Shown one piece after another: positions 12,577 through 24,055 of a DNA stretch of 64,000 nucleotides. The translations under genes and the position numbers were made by a program. The stretch spans positions 149,420,001-149,484,000 of the forward strand of contig NC_043000.1 of the NCBI RefSeq assembly GCF_006345805.1. The letters run 5' to 3'. The notes under the pieces are model-generated. The model was not told where the DNA came from, did not search any database, and saw only the letters and a program-made list of their open reading frames with translations. This DNA is from Octopus sinensis (Eukaryota). How positions within the stretch are numbered: the first letter of the stretch is position 1; every line of letters starts with the position of its first letter.

Positions 12577-13747
12577 GGTGGTACAAAAGTCTGGACCTAA
12601 TTTTAATTTTTTGTCTTTCAGATCGGTAGCTGTGGCCAAAAAGCTAACAATTTCAGAAAGAGTAGAACTTGTGCTTCTGTATGCGAAGGATGGCACCAGC
12701 TCACACCCAATTGCAGATATTTTTAATGCTAAGTAACCGAATAGACAACCAATTACACAAATAACTGTCAGCAAAACTTTTATTTGTTTTAAAAAAACAG
12801 GAAGCACCCAGAACTGGCTCCACAGTGGAAGGAAAATGATCTGCAACTGATGCTGAAACATCTGCACGGGTAATGCTGACATGTGGAAGGAAGCCCACAA
12901 AAGACATTAATAAAAGTTTCACAAGAAACGGGTGTACCTAGGCGTTCCATTGGCTGCATTTTGTCCTGCTATCATTTTCATCCATATAAACTGCGATTAA
13001 TACATGAGTTGCATGGGGATGACATGGATCGTTGTGTAGAGTATTGTCAGTGGTTCTTAGAACAAATACAGATGGAAAGGCATGATCTATTCAGTGACGA
13101 AGCAATATTTTATTTAAACAGTTTGGTTAAGACGTAATTCACAGTTTTGGTCAGCAGAAAATCCTCAGTGGATTGACGATGTGCACATCCAATACTGTCC
13201 AAGGATTATGGTGTGGGTGGCTATACTGGGAAGTACAATAATTGGTCCTTATTTCTTCCCAAACACGGTCATTTATTAAAAACATTTATTAAAAACATTC
13301 CTTAAGCTTTGCCTAGATGATGTACCATTAGCAATTTGAAGAGATATGTTGTTTCAACAGGATGGGGCTCTGCCACATTATATGAAAGATGTGCGCAGTT
13401 TTTTGGACCATACATTTCCAAGAAAGTGGATTGGACATTGAGGACTGGTTGAATGACCACTAACATCTCTGGATTTGAATCCTTTTGATTTTTTTCTTAT
13501 GGAGGCATCTTAAATCAGTGGATTATACTAACAGACCAAAGACATTACAAGTACTAAAAGATAACATCGCACAAGAAATTGAAACAATCAGAGGGAATAA
13601 CTCTATGCTCAGAAATGTGCAAAGTTCATGTGTCTCCTGAGTAAGAAAGTGTTTGGAAGAAGGTGGAAATCAGTTTGAACACTTATTGTAAACTGTAAAT
13701 TGTTATATAATAAATTGCCTATTGGTCCAAACTTCTGCACCACCCTG
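12574..13747 (+). mobile_element. Decayed mariner-like (maT/rosa-type DDxD) DNA transposon
   Basis: TIRs cagggtggtacaaaagtctggacc / ggtccaaacttctgcaccaccctg with TA flanks; transposase remnants FHPYKL, FSDEAIF, FQQDGALPHY. Confidence 0.85.
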
Positions 13748-13755
13748 TATATATA

Positions 13756-15025
13756 CAGGGATTAGACAAAATAATGGAAACACCTAGCCTCATAGCATCA
13801 TAATTTTAAAATATCTATAAAACCATCAAAAGCTTGTTTATTTTTATGCTTTTGGATTTATTATTAGTGTTGCTTAATATGTTTTGCTAAAATTGCTGTT
13901 TCTTTTCAGATATCATCAGAAAAAGTTAATTAAAAATCATTAAAATGACAGATCTATTGGACTTTGATAGAGGTCAAATTGTGGGTGCTCATATGGTAAG
14001 CACTAGTGTAATGAAAACAGCCAAAATATTTGGTGTATCAAGAAGTACTGTCTCGAAAGTAACGGCAGCCTTTGAGAAAGAGCGAACAGCCTCCTCATCA
14101 AAACAAAACTCCAAAAGAAAACCAAAACTTTCAGATAGGGACAGTCGGACTCTTATGTGAATTGTTTGAAAAAAATCACAAAAGTACAGCTCCGAAAATT
14201 ACTGCAGAGCTTAATGACTACCTCGAGAACTCAGCTTCCACAAAAACTGTTTGCTGGGAGCTGCACAAAGCCAAATTTCATGGGAGGGCTGCAATCAGAA
14301 AACAACTACTTTCAAAAACAAATGTTACAAAGCATTTAGAGTGGAGTAAAAACTACAGAATTGGTCTCTAGAGCAGTGGAAGAATGTTATTTTCTTGGAT
14401 GAATCATCCTTTACCCTATTTCCGACCACCGGCCGTGTATACGTATGGAGACAGCCAAACAAAGCATTTGACCCAGATTGCCTTCTTCCAACTGTTAAAC
14501 ATGGAGGAGGATCTGTGATTTTCTGGGTTTATATCTTGGAAATCCATCGGCATAATGGTTTCCCTTCATATCAGTATTTATAGTGAAGACTATTTAAGCA
14601 TTTTATCTGATCAAATTCATTCTATGATTGCAGAACTGTTTCCAGAGGAAACGTAATCTTTCAGGATGATGATGCACCAATTCACACAGCTAAAGTTGTT
14701 ACTGAATGGCACAAGGAACATTCTTGTGAAGTTGAACATCTTATCTGGCCCCCACAGTCCCCAGATCTCAATATTCTTGAACATTTATGGTGCATTTTAG
14801 AAAAACAAGTAAGAAGTCGATATCCTCCACCATCATCACTACAAGAACTGGAGACTGTTTTAGTTGAAGAATGGACAAAAATTCCTTTGGAAACAATTCA
14901 AACTTTGTATGACTCCTTACCTCATAGAATTCAAGTTGTAATTACTGCCAAAGGCGGTCCTACCCCATATTAAAATAAATTTGTTTGAAATTTTAAGGTG
15001 TTTCCATTATTTTGTCCAACCTCTG
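13756..15025 (+). mobile_element. Decayed Tc1-like DNA transposon
   Basis: ~28-bp TIRs cagggattagacaaaataatggaaacacct / aggtgtttccattattttgtccaacctctg with TA flanks; MTDLLDFDRGQIVGA HTH, DESSF, TVKHGGGSV, FQDDDAPIH, WPPQSPDLNILEHLW. Confidence 0.9.
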
Positions 15026-15565
15026 TATATATATCATCATCATCATCATCATCGTTTAACGTCCGTTTTCCATGCTAGCATGGGTTTGACGGTTTGACCG
15101 GGATCTGGGAAGCCAGGAGGCTGCACCATGCTCCAGTTTGATCTGGTGATCTGGCAGTGTTTCTACAGCTGGATGCCTTTCCTAACGCCAACCACTCCAT
15201 GAGTGTAGTGAGTGCTTTTTACATGCCACCGGCATAGGGGCCAGAGGAGGCTGCCAACGGCCACAATCGGTTGATGCTTTTTACATGTCATTGGCATGGG
15301 CACCAGTCAAGGCGGCACTGGCATCAGCTACGTTCGGATGGTGCTTTTAACGTGCCACCAGCACGGGTATCACAACTACAATTTCCATTTGATTTGTATT
15401 TTGAAGTTGATGTACTTGACTCAATAGGTCTCCTCAAGCACAGCAGGTCACCCTACGATCCAAGGTTAGCACAGCAGGCCGTCCTGCGAGCCATGAACTC
15501 ACTTCATCTGTCAGGTCTTCGCAGTCACAGCATATCCCAGAGGTCTCGGTCTTTCGTCATATACA

Positions 15566-15963
15566 TCTTTATATATAAAAGTGAGGTTGGGTGCTGTCTG
15601 TCTCCTACGATTTAGATTCCTAACTACTCCCACATTTTGCGGTGCAGTTTAACCAAAACCGGGTATCTTATAGTCGTGATTCATATCGAGCCCTTCTGGG
15701 TATTAGCGCGCGTCTACGATGAGTCTACGATTTAAAAAAAAATTTACCATCAATTTTTTCCCATTTTTAATGCATTTTTGACATATATAAGGGAAGTAAC
15801 TCTCTAAAAACTTATTATTAAATCTCAGAACGTAAAAAGCTACAGTAACACCCCGCCCCTTTGTGGTTTGCCATATTGAGATGGCTATTATACTTTACAT
15901 CTCTAAAAATGCTTATATAGTTATTTCCCTTACAAACCCGAGCAACGCCGGGCGATACTGCTA

Positions 15964-15964
<1 letters not shown>
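15566..15964 (+). mobile_element. Non-autonomous Helitron, family 1
   Basis: A|TCTTTATAT start; CCCGAGCAACGCCGGG hairpin followed by CTAG|T. Confidence 0.85.
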
Positions 15965-16003
<39 letters not shown>

Positions 16004-16090
16004 GTTTTAAATATTTTTGCTTAAAACCAAAACAATATAAGTTATTAAGAATTAATAATATAGGTCAATGGTTATTATTACTACTTGGTG

Positions 16091-16128
16091 TTTCAATATT
16101 TCAAGGTTAGGATCCCTTCTTTAGGAAA
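16091..16128 (-). ncRNA. Degenerate type I hammerhead ribozyme (G5A) in a PLE-like tail
   Basis: Minus strand: tttc-CTAAAGA-AGGG-atcctaa-CCTT-GAAA-TA-TT-gaaa. Confidence 0.5.
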
Positions 16129-17504
16129 TATACTAAGAAAATATGATTGTAGCTAACTGCTTTGCTCTGCAATGCATGTCATTGCTGTTACTGTTTAAAA
16201 TATAGGCTAAATTGCTGATGTTGGTATTCTTATTAATGCATATGTTTTTGTTGAAACTGTTGTTTTGTTTAAGTTCTGTTGATGTGCTGTCAGTCTCAAA
16301 ATTTGTGAAAGACTTATTTTTAATTTCAAATTTGAAATTATTATTGTTTGTGAGAGGTATGTTTTGTTCACCATTTCTATATATCAATAAGCAATTTTTT
16401 TTTTATTACCAACATTCTAGGAGCTTCCTCCAACCATATCAACAAAGAGGTCATGTTTAAAAATGAAAATAATAAGCAAAAGTCAGCGGTGGTGCCCCAG
16501 CATGGCCGCGGCCTTCGGGCTGAAACATTTTTAACGATTTAAGGAGAGTTAAAAGTAAAGAAAAAAAACGTCTGTCCACAAAACATAAAAATCAAATAAA
16601 AAAACTCTTGAGCAAAATCATCTCACATGTGGTGTGGGCTAAATGTGTCCTTTCAAATAATTAGAATAATTGTTTATTGTGCTTGCCACAACATGTGTTC
16701 AAGATTTATCTTTCAACCACTTAACTACACAATGAAATTGAATACATAGTCAAAATATTTTACTTAAGGCAGTGAGCTGGCAGAGACATTAGCAGCTGAG
16801 CAAAATCCTCAACAGTATTTCGTGTGTCTTTACATTTTGAGTACAAATTCCGCTGAGGTCAAGTTTGCCTTTCCTCCTTTCGGAGTCGATAAAGTAAGTA
16901 CCAGTTGCATACTGGGGTCATTCTAATCTACTGGTCCCCTCCCCCGTGCCTTTCATATTTCCTTAACTTTCCCCAACTATGCAGGCAAGACCATACATCA
17001 AACTTTCAGTGATTCCCTAAATGGATACCTTGAAAGAATTATTCTGTGGGTTTAATGGAAAAAAAATTAAGAAATAAGCACACCACAACACCACATTATA
17101 CTTACTAAATATGAATGGTACCCAGCCAGAGCTCTTTAAGTCCCTCTAAATCCTGGGCTTCACTACCATAGAAGATCTCTTCTGGTGAAAGCAAATCTCA
17201 AGTGAGGCTAGAGCTACATCCCAAAGAATAGCCTTTCTCTTCAAAGTAAAAAAACTATTTCAGCCTCTAAAGAACTATTGAAACTTAACAGGATTCAAGT
17301 AAGGCCCACAAGGACTTCTGCTCTCACATCTGAGACTGTGCTGTTGCTTCAAGCACAGACATTTTGGACTGCGTCCAGAAAAGGATGAGTTGATTGACCA
17401 GCATTCAGTCACTAAACTTCTGACCAACAGATGTGTGGCTTCTGTCTCTGTCTCCTCCTTCACTACTGTAATAGCCTCTATGCTTCGGGGGCTGGCTGGT
17501 CTCA

Positions 17505-17611
17505 CACCATCACCACCACCACCACCACCACCACCACCGCCACCACCACCGCCGCCACCACCACCACCACCACGGCCGCCACTGCCGCCGCCGCCACCAT
17601 CACCGCCACCA
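17505..17611. repeat. (CCA/CCG)n microsatellite
   Basis: Seen directly; it produces the poly-Gly, poly-Pro and poly-Thr ORFs. Confidence 0.95.
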
Positions 17612-17930
17612 CTCAAGCACTCCTGACTTACTCATCTCTCCACTATTTTCATTCAACTCCGTTCTCCTCAGAACAAACCATCTTGAATCTTCTTGCTCAT
17701 GTCTTTTCTGCTGGTGTTAACTGAAAATTTAAGGCATCAGCCATCATGATCTCAGAAAGCTTGCAAAGATCAGAGGCATTTGCCCTTTTTCTAGGCTCAG
17801 CATGTAAAAAAGTGACATTCAATTTTTATTCTCCATAATATATTTTAACTATAATATAAAACAGTATTTGCACATCATGGAAATTTTATCATAAAATTAT
17901 GTTCTATAATAAAGTTAATAATGCTTTGTA

Positions 17931-18483
17931 TCTTATAATAATTCTGCTTATTACTCAGTTACTTAGCCTGTCCATAATGCTTTCACGTGATTAGTTGAAA
18001 GGGTCGGGAGGGAAGGGGGAGAGAGAGGGAGAAGAGGGACAGAGGGAGAGGAGGGGATAAAGGTGAGGTAGTAGATGTGGAGGAGGGGGAGTTGGTGGTG
18101 GGTGAAGTGTGTAATCTTTTTTTTAACCAAGTTTTTTTCCTCCATTATTTAGCCAATCTTTAACACTTTCATGTGATTAGTTGAAAGGAAAGCTGAAGAG
18201 CTAGAGAAAAAGAGGGTAAGGCGAAGACTGAGAGAGAAAGAGTGAGAGTGCTGTGTATTAAATCTATTAAATTGTGTATAAAGTATATAAAGTGTATATA
18301 TAAAGTACATTAAGTTATCATCATGTTTCAATTTCCTTCACTTTTCAATGAGTAGCAGATAAGCACTTATCTTTTGATACAGACACAACATAGACTTTAC
18401 TTTCAAATTTTTTGAATAAAGTTTTCAGAAATAATCCAATAAGTTTATCATTAATTCCATAAAATATTCACAGGTCCCGCCAG
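17931..18483 (+). mobile_element. Non-autonomous Helitron, family 2 (degenerate copy of 63293-63847)
   Basis: A|TCTTATAA start and colinear similarity to 63293-63847. Confidence 0.7.
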
Positions 18484-18525
18484 TTTAAATGTAAATGATA
18501 CTCAAATAATAATATAATTTTAAAC

Positions 18526-18878
18526 AATTGCAGTGGGGAAGGTGTTTGTAAGCCATTTAAGATACACGCAAAAGCTGTTCGATCACTTCAACATTTAAGT
18601 TTAATTTGTCAAAATATTTTCGTCGCTATAAGACCGCGACCTCTTCACTGACAAAAATCTGTGCTGCATCTCGTGCTGCATCACAGATTTTTGTCAGTGA
18701 ACAGGTCGCGGGTTTTAGCAACAAAAATACTTTGACAAATTAAACTTAAATGTTGAAGTGAATTGAACAGCTTTTGCATGTTTCTTAAATGGCTTACAAA
18801 CACCTTCCACATTGCAATTATTTTCGTTTCAGCACACGATCTCAGATCAAATCACTTGCTATGCAAGTACATCTCCGA
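18526..18878. mobile_element. 353-bp fold-back element (inverted arms 18526-18819) with a 15-bp TSD; each arm carries a hammerhead-like motif
   Basis: AATATAATTTTAAAC at 18511-18525 and 18879-18893; ~140-bp inverted arms; HHR-like motifs at 18605-18655(-) and 18690-18739(+). Confidence 0.8.
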
Positions 18879-19565
18879 AATATAATTTTAAACGAAGAAA
18901 AAAACCCCAACACAATCACAAAAGCTTGTAATTTATTTCAACATAATATTTATGGGCACCGGAGGATCTCTGTTTGTGACTAATACAGATGACACCAAAA
19001 CTAACAGCATAATCCATAAATGCCTTTGAAGTAATAATAAAAGTGGTATGAAAGATAAAAGATGGCATTGAAAAAGTGGATGATTAGAAAAACAATACAG
19101 TGCATAATTAGTCAGGTACTAATATATTGAAAGCCTTCTTGCTGTACATGCAGGAACGTATTTTGAAATGATGGGCAATTAATAATTAGCCTTATGAGTA
19201 ATCATTGCAAAGTTAAGTTATATTATTTGTGATGAAAGCAGCAGATATTTTCAGAATTATGTGAACTTTGATTCAATCGTAGTAACTGTATTTTAGAAGA
19301 ACTGTGTTTAATTATATAATTGCAGCTAAAAGCATTTTTGCTGGATGAACATGGAATAAAACTAGATGAAAAAATACAAGAGGAAACAAGAATAATTTGT
19401 AAAATGGCATAAATAAAGAAATGTTGACAGTCAATCCCAGAAAACTAAAATATAAAGTTCCATGGTGGATATAAACTTAGAGCATAAATGGCATGGTATT
19501 TTCTTGTCCTATCAACAACAAAAGCAGCAACAACACTAATACCCACAAAAAAAAAAAAAGAATAT

Positions 19566-19728
19566 AGGCGCAGGAGTGGCTGTGTGGTAAGTAGCTTGCT
19601 AACCAACCTCATGGTTCCGGGTTCAGTCCCACTGCGTGGCACCTTGAGCAAGTGTCTTCTGCTATAGCCCCGGGCCAACCAGTGCCTTGTGAGTGGATTT
19701 GGTAGACAGAAACTGAAAGAAGCCTGTC

Positions 19729-19774
<46 letters not shown>

Positions 19775-19990
19775 TTGTGTGTCTGTGTTTGTCCCCCTAG
19801 CATTGCTTGACAACCGATGCTGGTGTGTTTACGTCCCCGTCACTTAGCGGTTCAGCAAAAGAGACCGATAGAATAAGTACTGGGCTTACAAAGAATAAGT
19901 CCAGGGGTCGATTTGCTCCACTAAAGGCGGTGCTCCAGCATGGCCGCAGTCAAATGACTGAAACAAGTAAAAGAGTAAAGAGTAAAGAGT
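19566..19990 (+). mobile_element. tRNA-derived CORE-like SINE family A with an internal TA/TG microsatellite. Copies: 31691-32113, 38750-39138, 61914-62330; fragments 26190-26345, 37740-37870
   Basis: Head ggcgcaggagtggctgtgtggtaag..ggttcagtccc, CORE-like accttgggcaagtg, 3' end ggcggtgctccagcatggccgcagtcaaatgactgaaacaag. Confidence 0.85.
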
Positions 19991-20990
19991 ATGAATAAAA
20001 ATATAAGCAAATTTTTATTGGCTCAAAATGGGGATAGTTCAAAGATTAAATAAGGATGAAAAATAAAGTTAAAAAAGAAGCACTTGGAGTTTACATTCAC
20101 TAAAAGATTCAGATCAGCAATATCAATAAAAGCTTTAATAAACAGATGAGAAAAAACAATAATAACAATGTAGAAAAATAATAATAAAAATAATAACTTT
20201 TGGAGACATTTAACATACTGAAATGATCAGAATCCATTGGCACGGACAAAAAAAAACAGGGATCAAATCAAATAAATTATGAAAGTATAGAAAAATAACT
20301 GTGTAAACAAATGAAGTATTAAATTGCTTGTAAAACTGATTGATTTATAAGTTAGATAATCAAGGTATTATAAATATTGGCCAGGTGATCAATCATCCTA
20401 ACAGCCTTTTCCCCTCTGAATTTCAATCAAATATTTGCCTTGGTCTTCTTAACTTATGACCAACACACTGATTACATTTTGCAATTTCTTGGTGATGGAT
20501 TCCTTGGTGTTTGACACTCACAGGTTTTTAATATCTGGTTTTTAGAATGGTTTTGAGGCACTTTTTTTTGTGATTGGAACTTTCTGAGGAGATTTGTGTT
20601 CATTTGTCATGATTTAGTAACCTGTAGTTGGACGGTTTAATGTTGCTGTAGAAAAGTCTACTTGTTCAATAACGTTAAGTCATTAGATTTTCATGTTGCC
20701 AACAGTAAGACCAGCACTTTTGGGTTGTATGCAGCTGATCCCATATCTGCAGTTTAGTCTAAGACCAAAACATGTCAGGAGACCCTCTTAGCTGTCAGAA
20801 AACATTATGATAATATTAATAATAGATTAATATTGTCCTTTCATCACTGTGTACTTATGTGTAATTAGCGTTTTAATGCTCAAAGTATTAAATATATTCA
20901 CATTAGCTTAATTATTGCTTTTATATAGATAGCATTTCAGTAATTTCTCTGAGTAACTTATTTTCTAAAAGGCAAAAAGGCAATTTGTAG

Positions 20991-21642
20991 TACCATATAT
21001 ACTCGGCTATAAGTCACACTTTTTTTCCCTGAAATTTTCGCCTGAAGTGTGACTTATAAGTGCATCCTATAAAAAAATCTTCAGATATTTTCTTGGTACA
21101 AGCCATGTTAGAAGTTCCAACACTTGGAATAACCGAAAAGACCCGAACCACTAATTTTGAAGCCAAGAAATACACAAGATAATCTTTAGATATTTCTTTA
21201 TATATTTCTTTACTTCTGTTAGTATGAAATAAACAATTAATTTTTAAAAAGTGAGTTTAATGCTTTTTTCTGTTTTTTGTACCATACCTGTCTTTCTTTA
21301 ATTCGATACAAGGCACAAATCAGAAAATAAAGGGTAAGTAATGAAGCAATTAAGTCTCAGTATGATAAACAAGTCAGCTGGCATAATCAAGGATAAAATT
21401 TTACATTATAAACAATAGTTCCTAAAATGCTTGGACCTAATGGGATAACAGTGGTTGTAAATCATCTTCAGCTTATTGAAAGCTCAGTTACCGAACAACA
21501 ACTATGTCTGTGTGATTCCTAATAGAACTTTGCTCTCCAACATCAAAAATGCTGCTGCGACTTATAGTCAGGTCAATGATAAAATTCCTGATTTGAACCT
21601 GACAAGTTGGAGGTGCATCTTATAAATGAGTATATATGGCAT
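20991..21642. mobile_element. Non-autonomous pogo/Tigger-like TIR element
   Basis: Left end taccatatatactcggctataag is complementary to the right end ttata..tgagtatatatgg(c/t)a. Confidence 0.6.
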
Positions 21643-21826
21643 TTATAGTTGAGTATATATGGTATTTATAGCTGAGTATATATGGTATTTATAGCTGAGT
21701 ATATATGGTATTTATAGCTGAGTATATATGGTATTTATAGTTGAGTATATATGGTATTTATAGATGAGTATATATGGTATTTATAGCTGAGTATATATGG
21801 CATTTATAGTTGAGTATATGTAGTAT
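21620..21826. repeat. 23-bp minisatellite x9 made from the element's right TIR
   Basis: Unit ttatagctgagtatatatggtat at an exact 23-bp period. Confidence 0.9.
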
Positions 21827-21957
21827 TTTGATTTAAGAAAATAAATGTTAACATACATACACACCACCCATATGTGTGTGAACGTGTGTGTGTATGTATG
21901 TGTGTGTGTGTGTGTGTTCCTTTTATTTTATATACATATATGTACATATTAATCAAA

Positions 21958-22851
21958 TCAGTTCTTTCCAGCTGCATAACATACATAACCCAATTTAAAC
22001 CAACCTGATTTATAAAGTTGAAGCTTTGTTTCTGGTTTATGTTTGTCCACATACATTCCATATATGATCTGTTGATCTGTACTTATTAGTTTTATGGACA
22101 AAGACTTGTTAACGAAGTTCAAATACTCTTGAGTAAATTTGTACAAAACATCATATTTACCAAGATTGCTAGCACCTCCTATCCACACCATATTGTCATA
22201 AATAATGTCTTTATACGTTATATCCTCCTGAAAATATTCTACCTGGGAATAGGCAACCTTTGTATCATCAAAATCTGTAGGTTTTGCTAATTTAAATTTA
22301 GGGTCATCATGGAGATATCGAAAAAGTCCAATATCTAACCACATAAAGTATTTAGTATGAAAATAGTTCTTTCTTATAACCCGATTAAGAAGTTCAAATT
22401 TTGCATGCATGGCACAAGAATATCCAGGTACAACAGTGTTGGGAAGATGTTTTGGGTAATCAGGCTGTGTATATATTTGAGAAATAATATCGTGTATCTT
22501 AAATGACCACAATTCCTTCTTGTTTATCAGAAATATTTTGGTTCGTACTTTAGGAAGATTTTCCCTTAACTTTTGAAAATATTTGTATGCAATCATATCA
22601 TTTGTATAAAAAATTACATTATTGGTCATGTTGCGAAATACAGACATCCATTTGTAATAGATATTTGGGGTATACTGACGTCTAAAAACTCCTTTTGCAA
22701 AGGATCCTATATTGAAATAAGCGGTCAAGACTGTGATTTCATTCGAAAGATTCATATTCATCTTTGGAAGGTCACTTTTAAAAGCGTGAATGTTTTCCTC
22801 AATTGATGATATTTTTGTAGAGTTTTCAATAAGATATTCAATTTTAAGATC
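21958..22851 (-). CDS. HtrL/YibB-like family protein (putative glycosyltransferase-like), last and largest coding exon
   Basis: Acceptor ttatttatttaacag|GAT, phase 0, then 297 open codons. Motifs TVLTAYFNIG, YSCAMHAKFELL..NYFHTKYFMWLDIG, WIGGA, STDQQI resemble HtrL_YibB proteins. AATAAA lies ~30 nt after the stop. Confidence 0.85.
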   Translation of the reverse strand, partial: DLKIEYLIENSTKISSIEENIHAFKSDLPKMNMNLSNEITVLTAYFNIGSFAKGVFRRQYTPNIYYKWMSVFRNMTNNVIFYTNDMIAYKYFQKLRENLPKVRTKIFLINKKELWSFKIHDIISQIYTQPDYPKHLPNTVVPGYSCAMHAKFELLNRVIRKNYFHTKYFMWLDIGLFRYLHDDPKFKLAKPTDFDDTKVAYSQVEYFQEDITYKDIIYDNMVWIGGASNLGKYDVLYKFTQEYLNFVNKSLSIKLISTDQQIIYGMYVDKHKPETKLQLYKSGWFKLGYVCYAAGKN

Positions 22852-24055
22852 CTGTTAAATAAATAATAATATATAAAATTAGGAAGGATCAAAATAATGC
22901 AAAATAAACAAATAAATAAATATATAAAATAAAGTTTATATTTTACTGGGGCATATTCATTGTGATACAAATCTTAAATCTGCACATTCCTTCAAAATTT
23001 GTTTGTTGTTAGTGCTCTGGTACACATTGAAGCAGTAGATTTATTGGTTTTGCTGTACTGGAACTTCAGACTATTTCATATAAATTAATGGTCTTAACAA
23101 TGACTTAACAATTGAGTAAACGAGTTTAGGACATTTACTCATGGACAATAACCTACTGAGGACAACAGATGATGATTTAAAGCTTCTTAATATATTGGAG
23201 AGGGGGTAATTAACCAAGTGGGGTAATTGTCCTGGGGGGTAATTTTCCTAGGGGATAATTGTCCTGATATGGACTAAATTATTATCCTGTACCTAAGCTA
23301 TTTATGATAGTAAAATAGAAGGAAAGAGTAGATTGACCTTTCTCTTTTCTTCTAATTTCTTGTCACAGTTGACAATTTCAGGAGTATGTGATGTATCTTT
23401 GAGTGCATCCTTAATTGCTGCCTAGCTTTGCCATGACCACTGACATTTATTAGGCACACATAAATGACACAAAACCCCTGAAGGATGTAACCCACTGTAC
23501 AGCTATAAACACAGCAGCATCAACAAGTTACACCTCTTTCAACCGGTTGCATGCACAATGGCTCATTGGATGATAGGATGTACGGACACAACAACAGCTA
23601 TAACAAATTACACCGTCTTTAAACTGGTTGCATGCACAAACCTTTTCTATAGACAAACTTTGCAGTCAGTCACATGTCAATAGCAATAACACATTACTTT
23701 CTACATCTTACACATATTTTGGTACAAGGAACTGACAATGTGAATGTATGTTAGTTAGTTAGTTAATTTTTGGCTCAAACAGCAAAAGGCAAGGCCATGT
23801 AGGAGGACATGGAGTTATGTACAGGGTGGTGTTCATGTAAAGAGTTCAGGCCACTTGAGGTCAAGGGAGACTTTGAGACTATAGTACAAGACACTTGCTC
23901 AAGGTGTTGTACAGTGGGACTGAACCCAAAACATGTGGTTACAAAGCAAGCTTCTCCCCACACACAGCTATTCCTGCACCTATTTAAATCCATAAAAATG
24001 TATAATAATAATAATAATAATGTATAATAAAATATTAAGTATATTATCACTTGTA

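Noticed and set aside
16133-16387. Asn-rich 84-aa ORF as a gene
   Set aside because: Low complexity and directly upstream of an HHR remnant, so more likely a PLE tail.
17275-17724. Poly-Gly, poly-Pro and poly-Thr ORFs
   Set aside because: Produced by a CCA/CCG repeat; no supported gene structure.
19445-19998. Recurrent ORFs (MSSNARGTNT.., MTTDAGVFTS..) as a gene family
   Set aside because: Chance frames in SINE family A copies.
21620-21826. CRISPR-like appearance of the 23-bp array (also the 66-bp array at 27453-27782)
   Set aside because: Units are contiguous with no unique spacers, there are no cas genes, and the context is eukaryotic.
21958-22761. Single-exon or bacterial-contaminant reading of the 267-aa ORF
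   Set aside because: The frame stays open to a splice acceptor at 22851/22852, and two upstream phase-matched exons supply a signal anchor. Direct splicing of the first coding exon to this one would be out of frame.
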